64,000 bases of DNA from Piromyces finnis finn. Its lineage: Eukaryota > Fungi > Neocallimastigomycota. Below, piece after piece: positions 1 to 11,607 of the stretch (position 1 is its first letter; each line of letters opens with the position of its first letter). The stretch lies in NCBI GenBank assembly GCA_002104945.1, contig MCFH01000007.1, positions 930,001-994,000 of the forward strand, in the 5' to 3' direction. Under the pieces are notes generated by a model. That model ran no database searches, had not been told where the DNA came from, and was given only the letters and a program-made list of their open reading frames with translations. The position numbers and the translations under genes are program-made.

Positions 1-1
1 T

Positions 2-1996
2 GAAATATTATCTAAATATAATCTTTCTCTTAATTTACAAAAATGTAAATTCTTTCAAGAAAAGGTAGAAGTACTAGGACATGTACTTACACCTAACGGA
101 TTAAAAACTGTTCCTTCTAAAGTTCAAAGTATTGCTTTATGGAATGCTCCAAGAAATGTTAATGAACTAAGATCATTCCTAGGTTTAGCTAGTTACTACC
201 GCAAATTTGTTCAAAATTTTTCTATTAGAGCAAGCTCTCTTTTTAATTTATTAAAGAAAGACCAAGAATATATTTGGTCACAAGAATGTAATAATGCTTT
301 TGAAGATATCCGACAATGTCTATTAAGTGATCCTATTTTAAGTTATCCTGATTTTGATAAAGAATTTATTATTCGTACTGATGCATCAACTAATGGCATT
401 GGTGCTGTACTCTTACAGGTGGAGGGGGACAAATTGGAACATCCAATTTGTTGTATTAGTCGTACTTTATCTACTTCAGAAAAGAATTATTCTGTTACTG
501 ACCTTGAAGGATTAGCTATTTATTATGCAATTCTACAATTTCGTCAATATATTATAAGTAATAAAAATCCTACCATATTAATTACCGATCATAAACCATT
601 ACTTGGATTCTATAAAAAGAATATTCCATCAAAAGGTAGACATGCAAGATGGATTGAAGAATTTAATAAATATAAAATTGAATTAAAATATGATAAAGGA
701 AAGAAAAATGTTTTTGCTGATGCCCTTTCAAGATTACCTTCTAAAAATTCTGATGAAATAGTAAATTGTGCTTATGCAATTTTGTCTGATTTTAATCCAA
801 GAGATTTAGACCTACCTGAAGGAATAAAAAAATATTTTACTAAAAATTATCAAGTTGTTGATAATACTCTTTATTATAAAAAAGATGAATTATATCTTAA
901 AGTTATTTATAAAGATGAAGATAAAAAAGATATTATTAGTCGTGCTCATTCTGTTGGTCATGAAGGTGCTGAAAAGACCACAAATAGAATTTTAAAATCT
1001 TATTATTGGCCTGGTATTTGGAATGATGTTAGAATGTGGGTAAAGTCCTGTAGAAAATGTCAACTTTGTAGACCTAAGCCTTTACCTAAAAATACTGAAG
1101 ATAATATAACCCCAATTGAACAACCATTTACTAGAGTCGGATTAGATATAGTTGGCCCATTACCACTTACTAAACATGGAAATTCTTATATTATTACCCT
1201 TGTTGATTATTTCACTAAATGGGTTGAAGCTAAAGCAATTCCAAATATGAAATCAGAAGAAGTAATAAAATTTTTAATAGAAGTAATAACAAGACATGGT
1301 CCACCAGAAATAATTGTTACTGATAATGGAAGTTCATTTATTTCTGATATTACTAAAATGATGATTGATTTATATGGATCATGGGTTCATTTTGTTTCTC
1401 CTCATCACCCACAATCTAATGGTATGATTGAGAATAGAAACAAAGAAATAGGAAAAGCTTTAAGACTCTTAATTGAAAATGAATCTGAATGGGATGAATA
1501 TCTACCATCTGCATTATGGTCACTTAGAACTACCAAAAATTCAAAAACAAAGTTTAGTAGTTTCGAATTATTATATGGTAGAAGAGACACATGGCCATTA
1601 GAAATAATGTTTCCCGATATTTATAAAGATCCTAATGAAACAGAAGAAGAATATATTTTTAGAAGATTTTTAAGGCATCAAAATTGGGTAAAACAAGCTA
1701 CTGAATATTCTAATCATGCTAATCAATATTGGGAACATAGAATAGGTTTATCCAAAGCTTTAAAGAAGACTTATAAACCGGGTGATTATGTTATGATAAG
1801 ATTAATAGGAAGAAGTAAATTAATTCCTTATTTTTATGGTCCTTATAAAGTTGTTAATAAACAAAAATTTAATACTGTTGTACTTGAAGATCCACATACA
1901 GGAAAACTACTTGATAGAAATGTACATATTAAAAATATTTTTCCTTACGTTCTACCAGAACAAAATTTAACTTCAAGGGACGAAGTTAATTCTTAA
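2..1996 (+). CDS. Ty3/Gypsy pol (RT C-terminus, RNase H, integrase); 5' part lies outside the window
   Basis: Frame is open from base 2 and continuous with the listed 419 ORF: ...KCKFFQEKVEVLGH...LRSFLGLASYYRKF...RTDASTNGIGAVLLQ...TDHKPL (RNase H); H..GH...CRKC zinc finger; GLDIVGP / TDNG / SNGMIE integrase DDE core; YGPYKV GPY/F module; no chromodomain seen. Confidence 0.95.
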   Translation, partial: EILSKYNLSLNLQKCKFFQEKVEVLGHVLTPNGLKTVPSKVQSIALWNAPRNVNELRSFLGLASYYRKFVQNFSIRASSLFNLLKKDQEYIWSQECNNAFEDIRQCLLSDPILSYPDFDKEFIIRTDASTNGIGAVLLQVEGDKLEHPICCISRTLSTSEKNYSVTDLEGLAIYYAILQFRQYIISNKNPTILITDHKPLLGFYKKNIPSKGRHARWIEEFNKYKIELKYDKGKKNVFADALSRLPSKNSDEIVNCAYAILSDFNPRDLDLPEGIKKYFTKNYQVVDNTLYYKKDELYLKVIYKDEDKKDIISRAHSVGHEGAEKTTNRILKSYYWPGIWNDVRMWVKSCRKCQLCRPKPLPKNTEDNITPIEQPFTRVGLDIVGPLPLTKHGNSYIITLVDYFTKWVEAKAIPNMKSEEVIKFLIEVITRHGPPEIIVTDNGSSFISDITKMMIDLYGSWVHFVSPHHPQSNGMIENRNKEIGKALRLLIENESEWDEYLPSALWSLRTTKNSKTKFSSFELLYGRRDTWPLEIMFPDIYKDPNETEEEYIFRRFLRHQNWVKQATEYSNHANQYWEHRIGLSKALKKTYKPGDYVMIRLIGRSKLIPYFYGPYKVVNKQKFNTVVLEDPHTGKLLDRNVHIKNIFPYVLPEQNLTSRDEVNS

Positions 1997-2009
1997 AAGG
2001 CCGAGAAAC
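1995..2009 (+). promoter_or_regulatory. Putative polypurine tract of the + strand Gypsy element
   Basis: AAAAGGCCGAGAAAC lies between the pol stop codon and a TG dinucleotide (TGATAAATAAT) at 2010. Confidence 0.55.
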
Positions 2010-3619
2010 TGATAAATAATGAAATTAATAAATATAAAATTATTATTATACCTGATTTTTAAGTTAACCCTAAAAGTAACTTAAAACAAGTTATAGTTTA
2101 ATTAAGTACTTTACCAAAATTCTTAAATAAAATTAATCCTAAACACTGCATATATTTTGATTATTGAAAGAAAATAATAAACTTTAATTAATCGAGATCA
2201 AAATATATAACTTTTGTTAAATTAATTGTTAAATTAAATATTTAATAACTTCGTTAGTAAATTACACTTTAAAAGTAAACAAATATAATAATTCATGTTA
2301 TAAAATAATATAATTAAACACCTTTATTAAAACATTAAAAATAATTATTACTTTAATTAATTGTAAAATAAACAACTTTTTATATTCTTTAACTTTTAAT
2401 TATTTCTTTTATTGTTATTTCTAATTACTTTTATTACTTTTATTGTAAATAGTTATTAATTTTATTGTTTTAATGTAAATAGTTTAAATCTAAAAGAAAA
2501 TATAAATACATGTAAATATTCTTATTTTAATCATTATTATTATTAATAAAGAAATATTATATAGTTAGATTAATATTTTATAATTTTAATAATCACTTTT
2601 ATACTTAAATAAATAAAATTTTAAATATTTAAATATTAGAAAAACAAGTGTTTCTAATAAAACAATTTAGTGTTTTAACAAAACAATTTTATTAATTTTT
2701 ATAAAAACGATCTTAAATCTTAATCAATATAACTTATATAGTTATAACAAAAGATATAATATAATAATCACTTTTTGAAGTAAAATTCAAAATTAAGATT
2801 ATTATCTGTAAAATATTTAATTTAAATCTAACCTTTAAATTAAATTATTGGATTTAGGTCTGTGCTAACAAAACAACAATACAAAACAAAAAAAAAATTC
2901 CAATTTATTTTTTTTTTTTTTTTTTTTTTTTAATACTTTTTTATTTATTTAAATAATAACTTTATCTTCTAAACTATGACAACTGCTGATTACTTTACCA
3001 CGAAGGTTATTTAACCAGAGCCTTCGCTAGGTAATCAGTTTTCAATTAAATAAAAAATGTTTTATTATAAGCTTTATTAATAATCTAATATTATTAATAC
3101 TAATGATACAATTGTAATTAATTACTATTTTCCAACTATCGTTTCAATAGTTGAGAAATTTTCTTTATTTATACTTTTTAAATAAATTGAATTAATTCTA
3201 ATATACATGTTTTAATATTATAATTTTACATTGTTTACATTTATACATTTATTAAAAGAAATTATTTGTATTAAACTATTTAAATTCAATTTATTTACTA
3301 AAGAATTTTCTAAACTTAAAATAAAGTTTTGATTTATTTACTATATGGTTGATTATATTTCAAACATATATTTAATTTATTTATTTCTAATTTTGAGGCT
3401 TAGTTTATAAAAAAAAAATTTTTTCTTATCTCAAATATTTATTGGTTAAAAATTATTTAATTTTAAAATTTTATTTTATCATCAAAACTTTATCTTATCA
3501 TAAAATTAAATTTACATAAATTTATGTTAATGTATTGTGATGTAAATTTTTGTAAAATTTACGGTACATTAATTCAATACATTATACACATTTAACTAAT
3601 ACAATATTTTACATTATCA
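2010..3619 (+). mobile_element. Tentative 3' LTR of the + strand Gypsy element (~800 bp once the 2807-3613 insertion is removed)
   Basis: Starts TGATAAATAAT right after the PPT; removing the nested solo LTR and one TSD copy restores an ATTATTATCA end. The 5' LTR is not in the window, so the right boundary is unconfirmed. Confidence 0.4.
2807..3613 (-). mobile_element. Solo LTR, family X
   Basis: 11-bp perfect terminal inverted repeat TGTAAAATATT/AATATTTTACA; 5-bp TSD TTATC (2802-2806, 3614-3618); reverse complement of 4796-5619. Confidence 0.9.
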
Positions 3620-4136
3620 AATTATATCAATCTTGATAAATAATTAAATTTATAAATTATGAATTTATAATAATAATAATAATAATATTAAAACACTGAT
3701 AGTTAAAAATTAAAATAATTAACTTGTATAAAATTATTAAATTAAAAATTATAAATGTAAACTTTTTGTCTATTTAATTGTTTATTTATTTTTAAATTAA
3801 ATAGTTTATATTTGTTTATAATTATACTTTAAAATAATAATTTTGTATAAATAGTGATAGAATCATTTTATTTTAAAATTGTTCCTAATAATCCGTCAAA
3901 ATTAGATAATAATATTAAATTTATTAAAATAATACTTATAATTATATTCATATACATACCGAGATGTATTAATAACAAAATATATATATATTTAATAATA
4001 CTAGAGTTATTAAATATCAAAATTTATAATTAAATAAACATTATTTTATAAAACTAACTAATACTTGAAAATGAACAAGTATAAAAATCATTTATTTTTA
4101 TTTTCTTTATTTTTATTTATTAAATATTTTTTTTAG

Positions 4137-4740
4137 TGTAATGGCGACACAGAAAGAATAGATTAGGATATCTATTCTATTACAATAACACTAAATTTAA
4201 AATAAAAATAAAAAATTGTTTTATTAAAAATATCTTTTATTATAATAGAATTTTAATAATAACAATTACATCGATAAAATGATGAAAAATATCTTCTATT
4301 TATATTTTTCCTAAATACATTTATATTATATTATAACTATTTATTTCTTATATATTATTATTTAAAATCTACACTAAAATCTTAATTATTAATAAATATT
4401 TAAACTATAACTATTTTTAGTAAAATACAATTGGCAATTCAAATTAAGTACTATTCAATTTGAATATGTGCCCATGTATTATTGATATATTAATCATTTA
4501 TTATTTATTTATTTCTATGAAAAAACAATACTAAAACTAGGGATTTAAATTGAGAATATTAATTTACTTGTTAAACATTAAAAATAAGCTAATAATTTAT
4601 TTTGTTTTAAACTTTAATTATTAATAAATAAATTATGTCTCATTTTCTTTTTCTGAATATAATTTGTGTAACTTAAACAATAATACTTGTGGCTTAAGTT
4701 ACATTAAAGATATCAAACAGAGGCGTTTGATATCTTTACA
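4137..4740 (-). mobile_element. Solo LTR, family Y1
   Basis: TGTAA...TTACA ends; TSD TTTAG (4132-4136, 4741-4745); ~450 bp are the reverse complement of 11775-12244; 14-bp terminal hairpin TAAAGATATCAAAC-AGAGGC-GTTTGATATCTTTA. Confidence 0.9.
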
Positions 4741-4872
4741 TTTAGATACAAATATTATCACTTTCTATATTCATTTATGGAATTAAGATAATATTTGTAA
4801 AATATTGTATTAATAGAATAATGTATTTAATACGTATTTAAAATAATGTATAATGTATTAAATTAATGTACC

Positions 4873-4988
4873 GTAAATTTTATTTTTTAATTACAAAAAT
4901 TTATATCACAATATATTAACATAAATTTATGTAAATTTTATTTTTTAATTACAAAAATTTATATCACAATACATTAACATAAATTTAT
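4873..4988 (+). repeat. 58-bp tandem duplication within the family X LTR
   Basis: Two copies of GTAAATTTTATTTTTTAATTACAAAAATTTATATCACAATAYATTAACATAAATTTAT differing at one base; the 2807-3613 copy has only one. Confidence 0.85.
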
Positions 4989-5436
4989 GTAAAATATAAT
5001 TTTATGATAAGATAAAGTTTTTGATGATAAAATAAAATTTTAAATTAAATAAATTTTAACCAATAAATATTTTAGATAGTAAAAAATTTTTTTTTATAAA
5101 CTAAGCCTCAAAATTAGAAATAAATAAATTGAATATATGTTTGAAATATAATCAACCATATAGTAAATAAATCAAAACTTTATTTTAAGTTTAGAAAATT
5201 CTTTAGTAAATAAATTGAATTTAAATAGTTTAATACAAATAATTTCTTTTAATAAATGTATAAATGTAAACAATGTAAAATTATAATATTAAAACATGTA
5301 TATTAGAATTTATTCAATTTATTTAAAAAGTATAAATAAAGAAAATTTTTCAACTATTGAAACGATAGTTGGAAAATCGTATAGTTTAGTTATATAGTTA
5401 GTTTAGATTAATAGTTTTAGTTTAATTAGTTAATAA

Positions 5437-5489
5437 TTGATTACCTAGTGAGGGCTCTGGTGAAATAACCTTCACGGTAAAGTAGTCAA
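5437..5489 (+). ncRNA. Conserved stem-internal loop-stem RNA element in family X LTRs (second copy on - strand at 2986-3038)
   Basis: 8-bp outer and 7-bp inner stems are kept in both copies despite substitutions, with compensatory and G-U-compatible changes. Confidence 0.55.
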
Positions 5490-6150
5490 CGGTTGTTTTA
5501 GTTTAGTTTAGTTTAATATAATTTAATAAGTAAATAAAGTTTAATAATAAATAAATTTATAACTAGTGTTAGTTTGATTTAGTGTATACAAACCTGAACT
5601 TAGAATAAAATATTTTACAATATTTTTCTACGTATCAATCTATTAGAAAATTAATATTGTCTTAATAGTTAGTATTTAAGACATTAATCTGGATCACTCG
5701 GGTTCGACTCACACCTTGATTCAAAATTTATTTTAAATTATTTATTTAACAAATTTAATTTATGACTCATAGAAACTTATAGAACTTATTCGAAAAAGAA
5801 TAAGTTCGAATATTCGAAAAATTAAATATTTTATGTATTTTTATCACAGGATTCATTTTATGTAATTTTTAATTAATTTAAAGAATAATTTAGAAAGAAA
5901 ATTTAATTTTTAATTTAGCCACATCAGATTTAGAAAAAGTATAAATAGAAGTGATGTGAATCAAAAATTAAATAGTTGTGTTTTTATTAACTTTTAAATT
6001 TAAATCTTTATTTTTAAAAAATTTAATAATAATAAAAAATTATTTTAAATAAATAAATTCATTGACTTATAGGGAATACAAAATTTATTTTTCTATATAA
6101 ATATTATTAATTCCTACATTAATAAATTCTTTATGTAGAAACTCGTTACA

Positions 6151-8566
6151 ATCAGCAGCAATCGAAGCGGTAGGAAGACAACGTAAAGGAATAGCGTGAG
6201 CAAATTTAGTAAATCTATCGACAACAACCATAAGAGTTGTCATATCTCTGGACTTAGGAAGATCAACAATAAAATCAATAGAGATATCAGACCAAGGCCT
6301 ACTAGGAGTGTCCAAAGGGGATAACAACCCATAAGGCTTATGTCTGGGGACTTTGGATTTGCAACAAGTCACGCAAGATTTAATAAAGGATTTAACATCT
6401 GAATGAAATCTTGGCCACCAAAAGTTTCTGGAAATAAGTTCGACAGTTTTCTTAATGCCGAAATGGCCAGCAGCAACAGAATATTGATGAAGCTCCAAAA
6501 TTCTTGTCCTAAGAGATTTAGGAACATAAATAAGATTATTATATAGCAAAAATCCTTCATCATCAAAAATAACTTTATCAATATTTTTAATAGGTGCATT
6601 TCCTGTAGAATCATTCATTTTAAATTTGACAATGGAATTATACAAATCGTCATTTTTAAGTTCTAATAAAATAGAATCGATTAACGGTTTGTTATCGCTA
6701 TGATGGAGCGAAATAGAAAGACAAGAAACATCAGGATTAATATCATTCACTAAATGATCACTTCTACGAGACAGGATATCAGACTTACCGGATTTCTTTC
6801 CAGCTCTATAAATGAATTTAAAATCAAATCTGGATAAGAACAAATTCCATCTAATTTGTCTCTGAGATAACATTTCAGGTTTTCTGGGAAATGTTAAGTT
6901 CTTATGATCGGTATAAATTATGAACGGATGGCGTGCACCCTCTAAATAGTGACGCCATTCTTCAAGAGCAACTATAATAGCTAAAAGTTCCTTGTCATAT
7001 ATAGGATAGTTTCTTTGACAACTCGTCAAACTTTTAGAAAGAAATGCAATAGGATGTAATTAGCCGTCAAATTCTTGAGAGAGAATAGCACCGACAGCAT
7101 AATTACTAGCATCAGTTTCTACAATAAATTGTTTATTACTATCCGCATGTTTCAGAATAGGAGCTGACGTGAACAAATTTTTTAATAAAATAAAAGCGTC
7201 CTGATCTTCTTTCACCCAGTTAAAAGCAACATTCTTTCTAGTGAGTTTGTGAAGAGGGTTTGCAATTTTAGCAAAGTCTTTAATAAAAATTCTGTAATAA
7301 TTACAAAGACCAATAAAAGACTGAACCTCTTTAACATTCTTGGGCACTGGCCAATCGAGAATTGCTTTAACTTTATTTTCGTCCATTTGCAACCCATCTT
7401 TTGAAATGACATATCCAAGAAAAGTGGTTTTCTCAACGTCAAACTCACATTTTTCTAATTTAACATAGAGGTTATTTTTAAGTAGTTTCTTAAGTACCTT
7501 TTTAACATGCTCATGATGTTCTTCAATATTATTAGAATAAATAAGAATATCATCAATATATGAGATAACAAAATCGTCTAAATAGTCACTAAGGACATCG
7601 TTAATGAAGTGTTGAAAAGTTGCAGGTGCATTCTTTAATCCAAAAGGCATAACCAGATATTCAAAATGTCCATATCTAGTACGAAAAGTCGTTTTGTATT
7701 CATCACCTTCTTTAATACGAACAAGATTATAAGCGGATTTAAGGTCTAATTTAGTAAAAATCTTTGCATTTTTCACCCTATCCAAAAGGTCACTAATTAA
7801 AGGTGAAGGATATGAATTACGAATTGTAATATCATTCAGCTTCCTATAATCGATACAAAGTCTTAGGGAGCCATCCTTCTTTTTAACAAATAAAATTGGG
7901 GCACCAGCAGGAGATGATGATTTCCTGATAAAACCTTTGTTTAAATTATCATCAATATATTTTTTAAGTTCCTCTCTTTCAACTTCAGTTAATGGATACA
8001 AAGGTCCATAAAATAAAGTCGAATCATCCTTAAGCTTGATTTCACAATCATAAGGTCTATGAGGAGGTAACACTTCACAATTTTTTTCATTAAACACTTC
8101 ATTAAATTTTAAATATTGGGTTGGTACGGCGACCAATTTATCTTTATTTACTTCATTATTTTTAATCTTTGTTTCTCTTAAATTATGACTATTTTCATTA
8201 CATTCACATTTATCATTACATTTATTATTACTATTACATGTTTCACTAATTTTACTAATTATACATTTAACTTTTTTATTATAATTATCTTCGTCATCTT
8301 CGCTGTCTTCTTCATCATTAATAGTTCTTACTAGGCGGCCTTTAACATATTCCTTATCTTCCTTAATCAAGGTGCTTGCATTATCCGAGAGACTAATAGA
8401 TTTAGTCGATTTCTTCATAAGACTTTTGTCGAGGACTTCATGGTCTAATTTGTCCTTTTTGGATTTCTTCTTGCTTCTTCTATTTCTTTTCCCATGATTG
8501 CAGTGTCTGGCGCAATATCCCGAACTAAAATTGATTTTCTTGGAATCATAAAGAGCCTCAGGATTA
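6151..8566 (-). pseudogene. Ty3/Gypsy pol (protease-RT linker, RT, RNase H, N-terminal integrase), disrupted
   Basis: GPLYPL, KKDGSLRLCIDYR, DLKSAY, MPFGLKNAPATFQ, YIDDILIY, TDAS, TDHKNL, H..GH..C..C, DFIVDLP; in-frame TAA at 7060; integrase cut off at a ...GTTACA (6150) insertion end. Confidence 0.93.
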
Positions 8567-8571
8567 TGCTT

Positions 8572-10107
8572 TGTAAAGATATAATATATATCTTTAGATT
8601 ATTTAATAATTAATTATTAATTATTAAATAATAAATTAATATTTAGTAAAACTTATTATAAAATTTTTGAATAAATTTTATGGAATAATTTAATAATAAA
8701 TTGTTTTATAATAATTCCGTTAAATTTAAATTAAGATAAATATTTAAGTTTAAGGAATAAAAGAATTTTAATTAAATTTAAATATTTCAAATATTTTAAA
8801 TAATTAAAATATTTTTTAAATACTTTTTATTTAATTTTAGAATAGATTATACTTTTTTATTTAAATTTAGAATAGTTTAATAATTTTAACTTAGTTTTAA
8901 AAATAGATTTATTTATATTTCAATAGGAAATATATTAAGAATAGTATTGATAATATTAAATTAATTTATAGAAAATACATGGGCTTTATTCAATTTTAGT
9001 TTACTCAAATTTAATTAAAAGTATAATGAATTAGTTTTAGTTTAGTTTTGTTATTTTATTATTTAATTAGATTAGTGTTGTTTATTTTATATTAAATATA
9101 TGTTTATTTAAATAGAATAATATATTAGAATATAATTGTAAAATATTAATCTTAAAACAGATTATATATTTAACAATAAAACAATTAAACACACGATAAA
9201 ATAAAAATAGGAGTTTCTTTTTTTAAAAATTATCTTCTTTATTAATGGTTAGAAATAAAATAACAATTACATCGATTCAATTGATAAAATTTACATGTAT
9301 TTATATTTTTTCATAATTATATTCTAATATATTATTCTATTTAAATAAACATATATTTAATATAAAATAAACAAAACTAATTTAATTAAATAATAAAATA
9401 ACAGAACTAAACTAAACTAATTCATTATACTTTTAATTCAATTTGAGTAAACTCAAAATTGAATAAAGCCCATGTATTTTCTATAAATTAATTTAATATT
9501 ATCAATACTATTCTTAATATATTTCCTATTGAAATATAAATAAATCTATTTTTAAAACTAAGTTAAAATTATTAAACTATTCTAAATTTAAATAAAAAAG
9601 TATAATCTATTCTAAAATTAAATAAAAAGTATTTGAAAAATATTTTAATTATTTAAAATATTTGAAATATTTAAATTTAATTAAGATTCTTTTGTTCCTT
9701 AAATTTAAATATTTATCTTTATTTAATTTTGACGGAATTATTATAAAATAATTTATTATTAAATTATTCCATTGAATATTAAAAATTTCATAGTTAATTT
9801 TAATAAATATTAATTTATTATTTAATAATTAATAGTTAATTATTAAATAATCTAAAGATATATATTATATCTTTACAATAATTATGAAAAAATATAAATA
9901 CATGTAATTTTTGTTTATTAAATCGATGTAATTGTTATTTTTAATTTTTTAATTATTAACTATTATATAGTTAATAATATTTTTAAGAGTTTAAATAAAA
10001 ATGTTTTTTTAAAAATAAAAATTTAATGTTTTATTTTTTTATTTTTGTGTTAATAAAAAATGTTTTGTTTTAAGTATAAAATCTGTTTTAAATTTTATAC
10101 TTTTACA
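8572..10107 (+). mobile_element. Solo LTR, family Y2, inserted just after the protease (contains a nested LTR)
   Basis: TGTAAAG...TTTTACA ends; TSD TGCTT (8567-8571, 10108-10112); removing it rejoins the frame as ...WIKKH-NPEALYDSKK... Confidence 0.92.
9137..9877 (-). mobile_element. Solo LTR, family Y2, nested in opposite orientation inside its sister LTR
   Basis: TGTAAAATATT...CTTTACA ends; TSD ATAAT (9132-9136, 9878-9882); 9321-9877 is the near-perfect reverse complement of 8572-9136. Confidence 0.9.
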
Positions 10108-10112
10108 TGCTT

Positions 10113-11325
10113 TTTAATCCATGGTAATCCAAGAATTACATCGACACCAGGAACTTTCAAACTATATAATTGAATAGTTTCAAAATGATTTCTACACCTT
10201 AACATGCACTTTTCACTTCTTTCCGTTACACGAGAAATCCCATTATTAACTCCTGAAACTCGGAAAGGTTCAATAGTTTCAAAATTAATTCCAATTTCTT
10301 TAGCAAGTTCAGGATTAATAAAACTTAATTCAGAGCCCGAATCAACTAAAACTCTAACTTTAACTTCCGGAACATCATTTGTACTTAAATAAAAATCAAT
10401 GATATTTAAATCCTTTTTGTTACCCATGACTCCCACTTTATAAATCCTTGGATTAACAACTCTAGGAGTCTTTTCCTTAATAATCCGAAATACTCTTTTT
10501 GGCTTAACTCTATTAGGACAATTGAATTTCAAATGTCCTGGTTGTTTGCAAAGAAAACAAACACCCTTTTTTCTTTCTTCTTCAAAATTATTTGATCTCT
10601 CCTCATAATGACTACTGGATCCTTGAATGTTGACATAACGCTTCCGTTTTCTATCCGCACTAATTTTAAAAACATCAACATCCATAGGATCTCCCGCAAC
10701 TCCTATTGTTAAAATAGAATTCACTTAAAGAATTCCTTTTCATCATATCTTCAACCAAAATTGTTGAAGATATTAATTGTTCCATGGAATTTGGATTAGT
10801 TTCAACAAAAGCCAACTTTTCTCTTAACTGTGGGTTTAAACCTTTCAGAAACATATAGATCTTTGCACTTTCGTTAAAGTTTGAATTTTGGCTTATTCTT
10901 TGAAACTCGGTAATATAATCAACAACATATCCAAGTTTCTTTTGTCGGATGTTGTCTAATTTACCATTTGCAACAACAGTATCATAACGGTCACATCCGA
11001 AATTAGCTCTAAAACGATCTATAAATTCATCATAATTGTTTAATATCCCACTATTATTCCGCATTAATGATGAAGCCCATTCCAACGGTTTCCCAGAGAA
11101 GTAGGAAATAACGAAGTCAACCCGGACGCTATCTGTGTTATACAGTGCCGGTCGAGTTCGGAAAACCAATTCTACTCTGGTTAAGAAACCGTCTAATTCC
11201 CTTTGTCTACCAGTGAATAATGGTGGAACATTAATAATGCTTCCATGATTCACAGCAGCATTCCCTATTCTATCCGTCATTTCCTCCAAATTCCAATTAT
11301 CAAATATATTTATTAATTCTTCCAA
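10113..11325 (-). pseudogene. Ty3/Gypsy gag (capsid, CCHC knuckle) and aspartic protease, with one frameshift near 10690
   Basis: PPLFTG...VISYFSGKPLEWA retrotransposon gag domain; PMDVD; CFLCKQPGHLKFNC; VLVDSGSELSFI; ILGLPWI. Confidence 0.9.
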
Positions 11326-11596
11326 TTCACCTACTAAACACTAAATGAAAAATTAAGATTGTCGATGGTTTCTTGCTACTATTACAAGCAAGTAATTTTT
11401 TTTTTAATCCAAAGTAATTAAAAGAAAAATTTATACTAAAACGTTGCTTCGGACTCTCTCTGTAGGTTACAGTGTCGAGCAAGATAATAGAATAAATTTT
11501 TAAAAAAAATAAGGTAGTTCACCAAGACACTAGTAGTTATCCAAAATATCCGGTAGCTCTGGTAGATATCCTAACGTACTCTTGTATGTATGTTAG

Positions 11597-11607
11597 GTAA
11601 TTGTTAT
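11597..11607 (-). promoter_or_regulatory. Putative self-priming primer-binding site (ATAACAATTAC)
   Basis: Directly follows the ...CTTTACA LTR end on the - strand; does not begin TGG; exact complement of GTAATTGTTAT found in four family Y LTRs. Confidence 0.7.

Larger units (their letters stand above)
4796..5619 (+). mobile_element. Solo LTR, family X
   Basis: TGTAAAATATT...AATATTTTACA ends; TSD ATATT (4791-4795, 5620-5624); 4796-5378 nearly identical to the reverse complement of ~3125-3613. Confidence 0.9.

Noticed and set aside
419-421. Apparent start or frameshift of the first pol ORF
   Set aside because: The frame is open from base 2; 419 is just an internal GTG.
5660-5715. tRNA gene suggested by GGTTCGACTC
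   Set aside because: The T-arm stem does not pair and no cloverleaf can be built.
8572-9877. Foldback or DIRS-like element with long terminal inverted repeats
   Set aside because: Two nested 5-bp TSDs resolve it into two solo LTRs.
10675-10724. Programmed gag-pol ribosomal frameshift
   Set aside because: The break lies within gag, before the PMDVD motif and zinc knuckle, and no slippery heptamer is evident; a degenerative indel is more likely.
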